Part shown: in pieces, positions 39,003-49,729 of the stretch
Position numbering within the stretch: the first letter of the stretch is position 1
Layout of the letters: every line of letters begins with the position of its first letter
Source of the DNA: Ignavibacteriota bacterium
GTDB lineage: Bacteria > Bacteroidota > Ignavibacteria > UBA10030
Assembly (NCBI GenBank): GCA_003170475.1
Contig: PMZI01000026.1
Location: 2,114 to 66,113, forward strand
Direction of reading: 5' to 3'
Length of the DNA: 64,000 nt
Notes under the pieces: generated by a model
Told to the model about the DNA's origin: nothing
Database searches by the model: none
The model's input: only the letters and a program-made list of their open reading frames with translations
Translations under genes and position numbers: made by a program

Positions 39003-40142
39003 TCACTCCTGATCTGGCTCGAAATCGAGCGGCAAGGCGTCCGCCGTTCGTTTCCATGCCCAGTACCCCCACGTTTTCGTCGGAAATGATTCGTCGATGA
39101 GCCCGCGCTCGGTGATGGTGATGGTGTAGGTATTCAATGCCAGCCATGAAACCTGAGCAATGGTCCCCGACTTCCGCAGCAAATTGAAACCGGCATCAAC
39201 CTCACCCGCGTACTCCACTTCGAGATATCCGCGAAAGGCGACTGTTTTGTAATCCGCCGAGTTGTCCTGGAGAATCTCATCCTCCGTAACAATCTTCCGC
39301 GACATGACCTGTTGATCGAGTTGCAGCGATCCTAACTCATGAGCGGCAAATCCGCTTCGTGTCAATTCCTTTCTGAAAAGACACGTGAGGAAGTGCCGAA
39401 GTGATCCCCGATAGGCGTGCATCCGATTCTCTCTCCAACGTTTCGACTCTGCTTCGCTCGAAGGCTTCATTTCGGTATATCGTGGCAAGCCTTCAACGGT
39501 CATCACATCGTTGACGACTTTGAACACCTTAAGGACAAACTCAATGTGATATCCTAGAGCGACGTTCTCGATCTTCAGGGGAGCACGGGCGGTTGCAGCA
39601 AATGAAATGGGTTCATTCTCAACAAAGTCCAGATTTTCTCCATTCATCAAAGTGCATTCCTTCGAGAACGGAGTCGTTCCCAGAAAGAGGTCTTTGAACC
39701 TTTGAAGCTGTTTTCGCCACTCCGAAGGATCGGGAGCAGAGATCAGGACCTCGCTTACTTCGAGGCTCGTCGGCTTCAGTCGGAGTTCCACTGCCTTTGT
39801 CCCGCCTTCTTTCACAACCACTCGCGAAGAGGAGACGCAGTACCCAAGGATCGACGCAACGATTTCGTAGGAACCGAGCGGGATGTTCCGAATCTCAAAT
39901 CGTCCGTTTGAATCCGTGCTTCCGCCAAGTGTGGTGTTGGCGATATAGACATTGACGTTGGAGAGCGGGGTAGAAGTGGAATCGTCCAGTACTCTTCCGA
40001 CGACCGAACCTTGAGGTTTCTGTTGCGCGAGAACGCTGCAGAGAAGAACAAGTACCCCGGCGCATGAGCAGAGGGTCACCCGGCGGACGGGATTTGATCG
40101 CGAGAATATGTGGATTATTGACGAAGACCTGTTCACTGCCAT
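39003..40142 (-). CDS. carboxypeptidase-like regulatory domain-containing exported protein
   Basis: 'G.VVGRVLD...PLSNVNV...TDSNGRFEI...GSYEIVAS.LGY'; 'AYRGSLRHF'; start uncertain. Confidence 0.75.
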   Translation of the reverse strand: MAVNRSSSIIHIFSRSNPVRRVTLCSCAGVLVLLCSVLAQQKPQGSVVGRVLDDSTSTPLSNVNVYIANTTLGGSTDSNGRFEIRNIPLGSYEIVASILGYCVSSSRVVVKEGGTKAVELRLKPTSLEVSEVLISAPDPSEWRKQLQRFKDLFLGTTPFSKECTLMNGENLDFVENEPISFAATARAPLKIENVALGYHIEFVLKVFKVVNDVMTVEGLPRYTEMKPSSEAESKRWRENRMHAYRGSLRHFLTCLFRKELTRSGFAAHELGSLQLDQQVMSRKIVTEDEILQDNSADYKTVAFRGYLEVEYAGEVDAGFNLLRKSGTIAQVSWLALNTYTITITERGLIDESFPTKTWGYWAWKRTADALPLDFEPDQE

Positions 40143-40230
40143 GGACGATGCTGTACCAGACAATATAGGCATACCCATCAACTCGCGCAAATTGCACCAT
40201 AAAATCACGGATGGTTGTGTCGCCCCCCTT

Positions 40231-40307
40231 CTTTACATTCTTTTTATGTGTTTCACCCACCTTTTTACTCTCTCTTGATTGCCTTTCTGCCGCTGCGATG
40301 CCATTTT
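40231..40307 (+). promoter_or_regulatory. putative KdpE-binding T-rich direct repeats and kdp promoter
   Basis: TTTAC/TTTAT half-sites at 40232, 40243 and 40264, just upstream of TTGCCT-N17-CATTTT. Confidence 0.45.
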
Positions 40308-40372
40308 GGTTGCGTGAATTTTCTTATGAAAGAGCGTTGACGCAATTCATTTCCACTACAAAGGAGAGATCC

Positions 40373-40966
40373 ATGTTCCTCAAGTCCACTCGAACAGCGA
40401 TCATCACGATCGCTCTCTTCACTCTGATAACGGGTGTGATCTATCCACTCATTGTTACCGGAGTCGCGCAAGTCGTTTTTCCGGAGAAGGCAAATGGAAG
40501 CTTGCTGAAGAAAGACGGGAGGGTGATTGGCTCCGAACTTATCGGTCAGCCGTTCAGTGATTCGAAGTACTTCTGGAGCCGCCTGTCCGCCACGAGCCCG
40601 TTCGCATATAACGCTGCATCGTCAACCGGATCGAACTACGGACCGCTCAATCCTGCGTTATTGGATGGCGCCAAGAAAAGGATACAAGATCTCCGCGCCG
40701 CCGACACGTCAAACATGCAACCAATCCCGGTTGATCTTGTGACAGCCTCCGGGAGTGGCCTCGATCCACACGTCAGCGTTGCGGCCGCTCTGTACCAGGT
40801 CAAGCGGGTCGCGCGAATTCGTAACTTGGCCGTAGAGCAAGTTCGATCACTCGTAGAGGAGAACACGGAAGGGCGGCAACTCGGGTTTCTTGGAGAGCCC
40901 CGCGTGAATGTGCTCAAGCTGAACCTGGCACTCGACAACATTCAATCGACACGGGAGGCAAAATAG
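40373..40966 (+). CDS. kdpC: K+-transporting ATPase subunit C
   Basis: 'YPL.VTGVAQ..FP..ANGS', 'GSELIGQ.F', '[11 protein letters not shown]', 'VNVL.LNLALD'; ATG 40373 with AAGGAG. Confidence 0.96.
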   Translation: MFLKSTRTAIITIALFTLITGVIYPLIVTGVAQVVFPEKANGSLLKKDGRVIGSELIGQPFSDSKYFWSRLSATSPFAYNAASSTGSNYGPLNPALLDGAKKRIQDLRAADTSNMQPIPVDLVTASGSGLDPHVSVAAALYQVKRVARIRNLAVEQVRSLVEENTEGRQLGFLGEPRVNVLKLNLALDNIQSTREAK

Positions 40967-40967
40967 T

Positions 40968-41075
40968 ATGGACCTCATCTATCTCGGCACTACCGTTCTG
41001 TTCTTTGTAGCGACGTGGGGACTCATGAAGCTGTGCGACGTCCTCGGAGAAAACAAGTCGGAGGAAAAGCCATGA
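40968..41075 (+). CDS. 35-aa single-TM peptide in the kdp operon (MDLIYLGTTVLFFVATWGLMKLCDVLGENKSEEKP)
   Basis: Translated by hand; GGGAGG RBS upstream; stop overlaps the kdpF start (ATGA). Confidence 0.65.
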   Translation: MDLIYLGTTVLFFVATWGLMKLCDVLGENKSEEKP

Positions 41076-41164
41076 ACTGGATCTATATCGTTACGGGCCT
41101 CATTTCGGTTGCCCTGCTCGTCTATCTTTTCATCGCACTCTTGAAACCGGAGATGTTCGAATGA
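41072..41164 (+). CDS. kdpF: K+-transporting ATPase subunit F (MNWIYIVTGLISVALLVYLFIALLKPEMFE)
   Basis: Translated by hand; 'YL..AL..PE.F' KdpF signature; GGAGG RBS; stop overlaps the kdpA ATG. Confidence 0.88.
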   Translation: MNWIYIVTGLISVALLVYLFIALLKPEMFE

Positions 41165-42903
41165 CAACGAATGGAATGCTTCAACTCTTTGTCTATCTGG
41201 CGGCGTTGGTGGTCTTGGCCAAGCCGCTCGGCGCGTTCATGGCCCGTGTGTTTCAGCGGGAGAAAACATTTCTCGATCCTCTCTTTGGTCCCGTGGAGAG
41301 GCTGATCTATCGGTTTGCCAAGATCAATCCGGACGAAGAGATGGACTGGAAACAGAATGCCGTTGCATTTCTCTTGTTCAATTTTGTCGGGTTGATCGTC
41401 GTCTACGCACTGCAGCGTCTCCAGCAGTTTTTGCCGTTGAATCCGCAAGGTCTTGGTGCAGTCTCGCCGGACTCCTCTTTTAACACTGCGGTGAGTTTTG
41501 CCACGAACACAAATTGGCAAGGGTACGGCGGTGAGACCACGATGAGTTACCTGACGCAGATGTTGGGAATGACGGTTCAGAATTTCGTTTCCGCCGCGGG
41601 TGGGATGGCTGTACTCGCCCTCTTCATCCGAGGCATTGCCAGGCACTCCGGGAAGACCTTGGGGAATTTCTGGGTCGACATGACGCGCAGCACGCTCTAT
41701 ATTCTCATGCCTATGGCTGTTGTTCTCGCCCTTGTCCTCGTTTCGCAAGGTTCGGTGCAGAACCTCTCACCCTACGTCTCCGCGTCGCTTCTACAGCCGA
41801 CGGCTGACACGAGCGGGGCGAAGGTTACGGAACAAGTGATTGCCATGGGCCCGGCTGCATCTCAGATTGCCATCAAACAACTGGGGACGAATGGAGGCGG
41901 GTTCTTCAACGCGAACTCGGCACATCCGCTCGAGAACCCCACCCCGCTGACCGATTTCCTCGAAATGTTTTCGATTTTGATGATCGCCGCGGCATTATGT
42001 TACACGTTCGGCAAGATGGTCGGCGACACCCGGCAAGGGTGGTCGCTGCTCGCAGCCATGATGATCATTCTTGTTGTGGCGCTCTTCGTCGCTTATCAGG
42101 CAGAATCGCGGGGCAACCCAAAGTTCAACGCTCTGGGTATTGACCAATTTGCTTCTGCGGTCAATCCAGGCGGCAACATGGAAGGGAAGGAAGTTCGGTT
42201 CGGTGTTGCTAACTCGTCACTATGGGCGACGGTGACCACGGCGGCATCCAATGGATCCGTGAACGCCATGCACGACTCGTTTACCCCCATGGGAGGTTTG
42301 GTGACGCTTGTCATGATGCAACTCGGAGAGGTGGTCTTTGGCGGTGTCGGTTCCGGACTGTACGGAATGCTGGTCTTTGTGATCGTTGCCGTTTTTGTGG
42401 CCGGACTCCTTGTAGGGCGTACACCGGAATACCTCGGGCACAAGATTGAAGCGTACGAAATGAAAATGGCTTCGCTTCTGATCTTGATAATGCCGCTCAC
42501 GGTGCTTCTGCTCACGGCGCTTGCCGTCGTCTCCCAGGCAGGGACGGGCTCCATCTCGAATCCCGGCCCGCACGGCTTTAGCGAGATCCTCTACGCCTTC
42601 ACGTCTCAGGGAAACAACAATGGAAGCGCTTTTGCCGGACTGAACGCCAATACCCCATTCTACAACATCACTGGCGGCTTGGCGATGCTGATCAGCCGCT
42701 ATTGGCTCGCGGTTCCGACGTTGGCACTTGCCGGGTCGCTCGTCCGCAAGAAGCTCATTCCGGTGAGCGAAGGAACGTTGCCGACGCACACTCCTCTGTT
42801 TGTTTTCTGGTTAATCGCAGTCGTTCTGATTGTGGGGGCACTGAACTTTTTCCCGGCTCTCGCGCTGGGACCGATTGTTGAACACTTAATGATGATGCAA
42901 TAG
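41161..42903 (+). CDS. kdpA: K+-transporting ATPase subunit A
   Basis: 'SFATNTNWQ.Y.GE', 'KQLGTNGGGFF', 'SNGSVN.MHDS', 'GGVGSG', 'NNGSAFAG'. Confidence 0.98.
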   Translation: MTTNGMLQLFVYLAALVVLAKPLGAFMARVFQREKTFLDPLFGPVERLIYRFAKINPDEEMDWKQNAVAFLLFNFVGLIVVYALQRLQQFLPLNPQGLGAVSPDSSFNTAVSFATNTNWQGYGGETTMSYLTQMLGMTVQNFVSAAGGMAVLALFIRGIARHSGKTLGNFWVDMTRSTLYILMPMAVVLALVLVSQGSVQNLSPYVSASLLQPTADTSGAKVTEQVIAMGPAASQIAIKQLGTNGGGFFNANSAHPLENPTPLTDFLEMFSILMIAAALCYTFGKMVGDTRQGWSLLAAMMIILVVALFVAYQAESRGNPKFNALGIDQFASAVNPGGNMEGKEVRFGVANSSLWATVTTAASNGSVNAMHDSFTPMGGLVTLVMMQLGEVVFGGVGSGLYGMLVFVIVAVFVAGLLVGRTPEYLGHKIEAYEMKMASLLILIMPLTVLLLTALAVVSQAGTGSISNPGPHGFSEILYAFTSQGNNNGSAFAGLNANTPFYNITGGLAMLISRYWLAVPTLALAGSLVRKKLIPVSEGTLPTHTPLFVFWLIAVVLIVGALNFFPALALGPIVEHLMMMQ

Positions 42904-42926
42904 GACCCTGAAAGGGAAATGAAGGA

Positions 42927-45029
42927 ATGACAACTCAGACAATACAAGACCTGAAGAAACCCGTGGGACTAACATCCGGAATGTATCGTCGCGCGCTCGT
43001 GGACTCCCTCATGAAGCTCAATCCGCGTTGGATGGCCCGCAATCCGGTCATGTTCGTCGTTGAGGTCGGAAGCGTCCTCACGACGGCGCTCTGGATCAAG
43101 GCATTAGCGGGTACAGGTGAAGCTCCCGCATGGTACATAGGGAGTGTCTCACTGTGGCTCTGGTTCACCGTTCTCTTCGCGAACTTCTCGGAAGCCCTGG
43201 CTGAGGGCAGGGGGAAGGCGCAAGCAGACGCATTGCGGCGTTCGCGTCGCGACACAAAAGCCAAATTGATGTCCGCACTGCGTGATCGTTCAAAGTTCAA
43301 CTTGATTTCGTCGACCGAACTCAAGAAGGGAGACTTGTTTCTCGTCGAGACGGGCGATACCATCGCAGCCGATGGCGAGGTGATTGAGGGAGTCGCATCG
43401 GTGGACGAGAGCGCCATCACGGGAGAGAGTGCTCCGGTGATCCGTGAATCCGGCGGTGATCGAAGTGCCGTCACGGGTGGAACTCGAGTCCTCTCTGACT
43501 GGCTGGTTGTACGAGTCACATCGGAACCAGGGGGCGGATTCCTTGACAGAATGATCAAATTGATTGAAGGAGCAAAACGGCAAAAAACTCCGAACGAGAT
43601 TGCACTGAACATCCTTCTTGCCGCGTTTACGATCATCTTCCTCGTCGTGTGCGTCACCTTGTTGCCGTACTCCATCTTCAGTGTCACGGCAGTGGGTCAG
43701 GGTACCCCCGTTACGATCACGGTTCTCGTTGCGCTATTGGTGTGTCTGATTCCTACCACCATCGGCGGACTGCTCTCCGCAATCGGTATTGCAGGAATGG
43801 ATCGCATGATTCGCCACAACGTGATTGCGACATCCGGTAGGGCGATTGAGGCGGCGGGAGACGTTGATGTTCTCTTGCTGGACAAGACTGGCACGGTCAC
43901 TCTGGGAAACCGCATGGCCACTGAATTCACGCCTGCACCCGGGATTTCAAAAGAGCGACTCGCTGACGCCGCCCAACTTGCGTCACTCGCAGATGAAACT
44001 CCCGAAGGTCGATCCATTGTGGTGCTTGCAAAAGAGAAATATGGATTGCGGGGGAGAGACATTCATCAAATCTCTGCTCAGTTTGTTCCTTTCAGCGCTC
44101 AGACCCGGATGAGTGGAGCCGACATCCAATCCGATGGCAAGAACTCCCGAAGGATTATCCGCAAGGGTGCCGCGGATGCAATCAAGAACTTCATCGAGCA
44201 ACAGGGAGGGGTGTATCCCGCCCAGGTTCTGCAGATCGTTCAAGAGATCAGCAAGATGGGAGCGACGCCCCTTGTCGTTTCGGAGAATACGGAAGTCCTC
44301 GGGGTGATACATTTGAAAGATATCGTGAAAGGCGGAATCAAAGAACGGTTCGCTCATCTCCGCAAGATGGGAATCAAGACGGTCATGATCACCGGTGACA
44401 ATATACTTACTGCGACCGCCATCGCAGCAGAGGCCGGCGTCGACGATTTCCTGGCTGAAGCAAAACCAGAGGACAAACTGAAACTGATCCGTGACTATCA
44501 GAAAGGGGGACGGCTTGTAGCGATGACCGGTGACGGTACAAATGATGCACCCGCTCTCGCTCAGGCAGATGTTGCTGTTGCCATGAATACGGGGACGCAG
44601 TCAGCCCGCGAAGCGGCAAACATGATCGACCTGGACAGCAATCCCACCAAACTTCTGGAAATCGTAGAGATTGGCAAACAGCTGCTCATGACACGCGGGA
44701 CGTTGACGACATTCAGCATTGCGAACGACGTCGCCAAATACTTTGCGATCATCCCGGCTGCATTCGCAACCACGTATCCGGCGTTGAATGCACTGAATGT
44801 CATGCACCTCGCAACTCCCGAGAGCGCCATCCTTTCTGCCGTCATCTTTAACGCGCTGATCATCGTCGCGCTGATTCCTTTGGCCTTGAAAGGAGTCAAG
44901 TATCGTCCTATCAGCGCCGTGCACTTGCTCCGCAGGCATCTCCTTATCTACGGCGTGGGCGGTGTCATAGCGCCGTTTGCTGGCATCAAACTTATCGACA
45001 TGCTCCTGAAGGGAATGAATCTCTCGTGA
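42927..45029 (+). CDS. kdpB: K+-transporting ATPase subunit B
   Basis: TGES, '[10 protein letters not shown]', DKTGT phosphorylation site, [13 protein letters not shown]. Confidence 0.98.
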   Translation: MTTQTIQDLKKPVGLTSGMYRRALVDSLMKLNPRWMARNPVMFVVEVGSVLTTALWIKALAGTGEAPAWYIGSVSLWLWFTVLFANFSEALAEGRGKAQADALRRSRRDTKAKLMSALRDRSKFNLISSTELKKGDLFLVETGDTIAADGEVIEGVASVDESAITGESAPVIRESGGDRSAVTGGTRVLSDWLVVRVTSEPGGGFLDRMIKLIEGAKRQKTPNEIALNILLAAFTIIFLVVCVTLLPYSIFSVTAVGQGTPVTITVLVALLVCLIPTTIGGLLSAIGIAGMDRMIRHNVIATSGRAIEAAGDVDVLLLDKTGTVTLGNRMATEFTPAPGISKERLADAAQLASLADETPEGRSIVVLAKEKYGLRGRDIHQISAQFVPFSAQTRMSGADIQSDGKNSRRIIRKGAADAIKNFIEQQGGVYPAQVLQIVQEISKMGATPLVVSENTEVLGVIHLKDIVKGGIKERFAHLRKMGIKTVMITGDNILTATAIAAEAGVDDFLAEAKPEDKLKLIRDYQKGGRLVAMTGDGTNDAPALAQADVAVAMNTGTQSAREAANMIDLDSNPTKLLEIVEIGKQLLMTRGTLTTFSIANDVAKYFAIIPAAFATTYPALNALNVMHLATPESAILSAVIFNALIIVALIPLALKGVKYRPISAVHLLRRHLLIYGVGGVIAPFAGIKLIDMLLKGMNLS

Positions 45030-45085
45030 CCTTCTTGGAGAATGAAACTCACGAGAGTACTAGACAAAACACTTGGAAAGGGATT

Positions 45086-46417
45086 ATGAAACGATTTATT
45101 CTTCTCTTGGTCTCAATGTCGTCGTTGTGTTTTGGCCAAACAGATTCTGCGAAGACGACTTCTGCAGAACAGATTGCCAGCGAACCATTCGCTTGGGGCG
45201 ATTTCACATGGCTCCAAGGAAATAGCCGCCTTCACAGGCAGGTGCTCGACTCGAAGTACTTCACCGGTGATATGACGATGGATATGAACTACAATTTCAA
45301 TTTCAATCATCCGATAGACCATACCAATGCGGGATCCACAGCGACTTTTCGTTCTGACGAATTCAATGTCTCCTACATTGAAGTCGGCGGTGACTTTCAT
45401 GATCCTGAAAGCGGTGCACGGGGGCGACTGATGCTACAGTTCGGCACCCGCGCGACAGGTGTTCCGCGCAATGACGCCACTCCGCTGAGAGGTCAGTTTG
45501 ACTTGTACACCGCCCTGCGATTTGTGACCGAAGGATATGTCGGCATGCATCTCAACTCAATGCATGGTATCAATATCGATGTGGGTATATTCAAGTCGTA
45601 TGTCGGACTCATGGGGTACAACAACTTTGAAAACTGGAACTATCAGAATTCCTTCACCTCTGACAATACACCCTGGTTCTTTACGGGAATACGCATACAG
45701 ACTTTTCCTACTGACAAACTAAAACTGGAATACTGGATCATCAACGGATGGCAAACGTACGCCATGTTCAATCAGCAGCCGGGTTTGGGTTTCCAAACAG
45801 TCTATCGCCCGGAAGAGTGGCTCTCTATCCTCGCAAGCGCATATGGCGGATGGGACACTCCCAATACACCCGGACGTTTCCGGTTTCACAGCGACAACAG
45901 TGTGATTGTTCGTTATCGTCAAGCACCGGGTGCCTCGATTCCCAAGGCTGCATTCTCCTTTACCGGAGATATTGGCTTTGAGAATGGCGGCGGTGTGAAA
46001 CCTTTCAACGGCGACGCAACCACTCCCGCACAGAATTTTCTGAGTTGGATGTTTTATCACCGGCTCTGGCTTGGTGAACAAGAGCACTTTGCCTGGACCT
46101 TTGGTGGAGGCATGCTCCATAATCCCGGGCGGTATCTGGCTTTGCTCCCTACCGGCGCAGGAGTTCTGACTCAAAACCCTGGCGATCAGTTTGACGCCTG
46201 GGATTTCTCCACCGGCATTCAGTATATGCCCGGAGAACACGTCACGTGGGGTCTTGAATTTGTTCATCGCCAGGCGTCTGTCCCATATTTCGCAGGACAC
46301 GGTGGACTCACATCACCCAATGGTTGGAATCCTCCGATTGGAGACCCGACCGGTTTCGTCGCCGATCTCGTCACCAGCGAAAATCGGATCATCGGTTCGA
46401 TCATCGTCCGTTTCTAG
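45086..46417 (+). CDS. outer membrane beta-barrel (putative porin) in the kdp locus
   Basis: Signal peptide from ATG 45086; aromatic-rich amphipathic strands, 'TPWFFTG.R', 'INGWQ'; C-terminal Phe. Confidence 0.75.
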   Translation: MKRFILLLVSMSSLCFGQTDSAKTTSAEQIASEPFAWGDFTWLQGNSRLHRQVLDSKYFTGDMTMDMNYNFNFNHPIDHTNAGSTATFRSDEFNVSYIEVGGDFHDPESGARGRLMLQFGTRATGVPRNDATPLRGQFDLYTALRFVTEGYVGMHLNSMHGINIDVGIFKSYVGLMGYNNFENWNYQNSFTSDNTPWFFTGIRIQTFPTDKLKLEYWIINGWQTYAMFNQQPGLGFQTVYRPEEWLSILASAYGGWDTPNTPGRFRFHSDNSVIVRYRQAPGASIPKAAFSFTGDIGFENGGGVKPFNGDATTPAQNFLSWMFYHRLWLGEQEHFAWTFGGGMLHNPGRYLALLPTGAGVLTQNPGDQFDAWDFSTGIQYMPGEHVTWGLEFVHRQASVPYFAGHGGLTSPNGWNPPIGDPTGFVADLVTSENRIIGSIIVRF

Positions 46418-46500
46418 AGGACGGAAGGCTCAATAGGGGCGATCAGTTCCATACTTGCTACAGGCCATGACTCGGCAATTCCAAAATCTCGCGTGAGAGG

Positions 46501-46911
46501 ATGAAAAACCAGACAAACGCCATGGAGCATTTCCTGGTCAATAGAGGGAGATCCATGCCTCGGTATCCTGAATTCCAGATTATGTCTCGAATGAAAGGCG
46601 TACCTATTAGAGTGACAATTGGCCCGTTCATGATTGGAGGGAATGGCCCGATCTATGATCTTCCATTGATCGAATTGAAGAGAGACGGAAGAGTATATCT
46701 CACATTTCCTGAGGGGACGAGGCCGAATGTCGGAGATGTCTATCGGATTGTACGGCCGGTAGGATTTTATGGAGATGACTACTCTTCGTTTGGACGTCCA
46801 AGAAAAACTGCTGCAAAGGTGAAAATCCTCGGGGCTTCGGGCGGCACGCGCGCTGAGGTACAAATCCTGAAAGGATCGATCATCAGAGGCATGAGTGCAG
46901 AGAAGGACTGA
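46501..46911 (+). CDS. hypothetical protein
   Basis: 136-aa ORF with GAGAGG upstream, co-oriented within the kdp locus; no family recognised with confidence. Confidence 0.55.
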   Translation: MKNQTNAMEHFLVNRGRSMPRYPEFQIMSRMKGVPIRVTIGPFMIGGNGPIYDLPLIELKRDGRVYLTFPEGTRPNVGDVYRIVRPVGFYGDDYSSFGRPRKTAAKVKILGASGGTRAEVQILKGSIIRGMSAEKD

Positions 46912-47044
46912 TCGTGCAATGAGCACATGAATGAAACGCCGTCCGTTGTTGCACTTCTCGTTGGCATCGAAGGGGACTTCAATGGAGATTCAGGTCTGTA
47001 TGCCGCAATGATTCTGACGCTTAATCTTTATATATTACCGACAA

Positions 47045-49729
47045 ATGAATTCCGACCAATCACGCCCTAATCCCGACACTCTCCTTCGCATGATGAAGAA
47101 AGAGGAAGAGAAGGAGAAGAAGGGAAAACTCAAAGTCTTCTTCGGCATGTGCGCTGGTGTGGGGAAAACCTATGACATGCTGAAGGACGCACATGGGGAA
47201 ATAGCAAAGGGGGGCGATGTTGTCGTTGGTTATGTCGAGACACACAAGCGACCTGAGACAGAAGCCCTTCTGAAGGACCTCCCTATTATCCCCCGCAAGA
47301 CAATCGAGTATCGTGGCACTCTCCTCGAAGAGATGGACCTCGATGCCGTCCTTGCGCGCAAACCGAAGCTCGTGCTTGTCGATGAGTTGGCCCACACGAA
47401 TGCCCCCGGATGCAGGCATACAAAGCGATACCAAGACGTGCTCGAGTTGCTGGATAACGGCATCGATGTCTTCACGACACTTAACGTCCAGCACCTTGAA
47501 AGCAGAGCTGAAGCAGTAGGCCAGATCACTGGTATCACGGTCCACGAGACAGTGCCGGATTCTGTCTTTGAGGCCGCAGATGAGGTGGAAATCCTCGACA
47601 TTTCGCCGGATGAACTGCTCAAACGACTTGCGGAAGGCAAGGTCTATACGCCAGAGCGCTCCAGGCAAGCTATTGAGAATTTTTTCCGCACGGGAAATTT
47701 GACTGCCTTGCGCGAGATGTCACTGCGCATCACCGCGGAACGAGTCGATCGTCAGCTGCGGGACTACATGCAGCGGCAACGGATCCCGGGACCGTGGAAA
47801 TCCGGTCAGCGCCTCGTGGTGGGGATTAGTCCAAGTCCCCGTTCGATATCGCTCATCCGATGGGCGAGAAGACTTGCGTACACCATGGATGCGTCCTGGG
47901 TGGTGGTCTATGTCGAACCGTCCGGAGTGTCAGATGAGAAGGAAAAAGATCAGCTCCTGAAAAATGTCAAAGTTGCCCGCGAGCTCGGAGCCGAAACAAT
48001 CATTACTTCGGATGAGGACATCGCGGGGGCTCTTCTCCGCGTCGCACGCGAGCAGAACGCAGGCCAGATCTTCATCGGTAACCCGAGGCGGCGCCGGTTT
48101 TCCCGCGGATCACGGCTCGTCGACGATCTCCTGAAAAGAACCCATGACCTTGACATCTATATCGTGGCACGGGAGGAGGAGACCGAGCACCAGAAAAACC
48201 ACTTCGTTTTTCCGCAGATCGAATCAGGGTACGCTCAGTATCTCCTGTCGTCAGCGGTCGTGCTGCTGACCGCGCTCATCTGTTTTCCTCTCACACCTCT
48301 GATTGGAGGATACAGATCCGTCTCCTTGATTATTCTCCTCGCAGTTTCCTTGCTCCCCTTGAGGATGGGGCCCGGCCCCGTCCTCATCGCCGCTGGTGTC
48401 GGAGCACTCGCTTGGGACTTCCTCTTTATTCCTCCGCTCTTCACGTTTTCCGTCGGTCACCTCGAAGACATGATGATGCTCGGGATCTATTTCATCGTTG
48501 CGGCTGTCACCGGCGTGCTCTCTGCCCGACTTCGGGGGAGGGACAAGGCAGCCCGACAACGTGAAGAAAGAACATCGGCGCTCTTTGCATTGGCGAAGGA
48601 TCTCTCTTCGGCTCACTCACAAGATGAGGTCATCAAGGCCGCTGTCACGAACATTTCAAAGCATTTCGAAGCGGACGTCGCAGTCTTCCTTGGTGAAGCA
48701 GACGGCGATCTCAGTCCGCAGCCGCATCCCGCAAGTTCGATGGTCCCTGACGCCAAAGAGATCAGTGTTTCGGCGTGGGTCTATTGGAATGAAAAACCCG
48801 CCGGAAAAAACACGGACACACTGCCATTCGCTCAAGCGACCTATTATCCAATTTCCGGACCTCGGTATCCCCTCGGTGTCATCAGCGTCCGATTGCGCGA
48901 AAATCGGAAACTGGGTGTTGACCAGGAATCGCTGCTCGAGAACTTCATCACGCAAATTGCTTCGGCGGTTGAGAGGGAGCTTTTGAACGAATACACAAAG
49001 AAATCGATCGTCATCGAAGAATCAGAAAGGCTCTACAAAACCCTCTTCAGTTCTGTCTCTCATGAACTGCGTACTCCCGTGGCCACAATCATGGGTGCAT
49101 CAGAAAACCTCATGCGGGACGTCGCAACTCCGTCGGGCACGACAAACCTCGTTTATGCAAAGGAGATTCATATTGCGGCAGAGAGGTTGAATAGGCTTGT
49201 CGCCCATCTCCTCGATATGACAAGGCTTGAATCGGGAATGCTCCAACCCAAGCTCGACTGGAGTGACATCCGTGATGTCATTCATGGCGCAACGAAGGAA
49301 CTTGAGAGGGAACTTGCTCTTCATCCGGTTACCGTAAACATTCCGGATGACATGCCGCTCATGATGCTCGATTTCGGATTGATGGAGCAAGTGCTGGTGA
49401 ATCTCCTTCATAATGCAGTTGTGCATACTCCCGCCGGGACAACTATCTCAGTTGATTCTTTTGTCTCAAACGGAGAGGGTGTCATCATCGTTGCTGATAC
49501 CGGCCCGGGTGTCCCTCAAGATGTGCTGCCGAGGATATTTGACAAATTCTATCGTGCTCCGAACGCCAGCACCGGTGGGACAGGGCTGGGACTCGCGATT
49601 GTCAGGGGATTTGTAGAAGCGCATGGAGGAACGATAGCTGCGCAGAACCGGGCCGCCGGAGGGGCAGAATTTACGATTCGTATTCCCCTCAAGAATGAAT
49701 CTCTTCAATCTGAGCCGAAGCCCCAATGA
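47045..49729 (+). CDS. kdpD: sensor histidine kinase KdpD
   Basis: 'G...GVGKT', 'VDELAHTN', 'LNVQHLES', Usp domain, four transmembrane segments, GAF, 'SHELRTP'. Confidence 0.96.
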   Translation: MNSDQSRPNPDTLLRMMKKEEEKEKKGKLKVFFGMCAGVGKTYDMLKDAHGEIAKGGDVVVGYVETHKRPETEALLKDLPIIPRKTIEYRGTLLEEMDLDAVLARKPKLVLVDELAHTNAPGCRHTKRYQDVLELLDNGIDVFTTLNVQHLESRAEAVGQITGITVHETVPDSVFEAADEVEILDISPDELLKRLAEGKVYTPERSRQAIENFFRTGNLTALREMSLRITAERVDRQLRDYMQRQRIPGPWKSGQRLVVGISPSPRSISLIRWARRLAYTMDASWVVVYVEPSGVSDEKEKDQLLKNVKVARELGAETIITSDEDIAGALLRVAREQNAGQIFIGNPRRRRFSRGSRLVDDLLKRTHDLDIYIVAREEETEHQKNHFVFPQIESGYAQYLLSSAVVLLTALICFPLTPLIGGYRSVSLIILLAVSLLPLRMGPGPVLIAAGVGALAWDFLFIPPLFTFSVGHLEDMMMLGIYFIVAAVTGVLSARLRGRDKAARQREERTSALFALAKDLSSAHSQDEVIKAAVTNISKHFEADVAVFLGEADGDLSPQPHPASSMVPDAKEISVSAWVYWNEKPAGKNTDTLPFAQATYYPISGPRYPLGVISVRLRENRKLGVDQESLLENFITQIASAVERELLNEYTKKSIVIEESERLYKTLFSSVSHELRTPVATIMGASENLMRDVATPSGTTNLVYAKEIHIAAERLNRLVAHLLDMTRLESGMLQPKLDWSDIRDVIHGATKELERELALHPVTVNIPDDMPLMMLDFGLMEQVLVNLLHNAVVHTPAGTTISVDSFVSNGEGVIIVADTGPGVPQDVLPRIFDKFYRAPNASTGGTGLGLAIVRGFVEAHGGTIAAQNRAAGGAEFTIRIPLKNESLQSEPKPQ

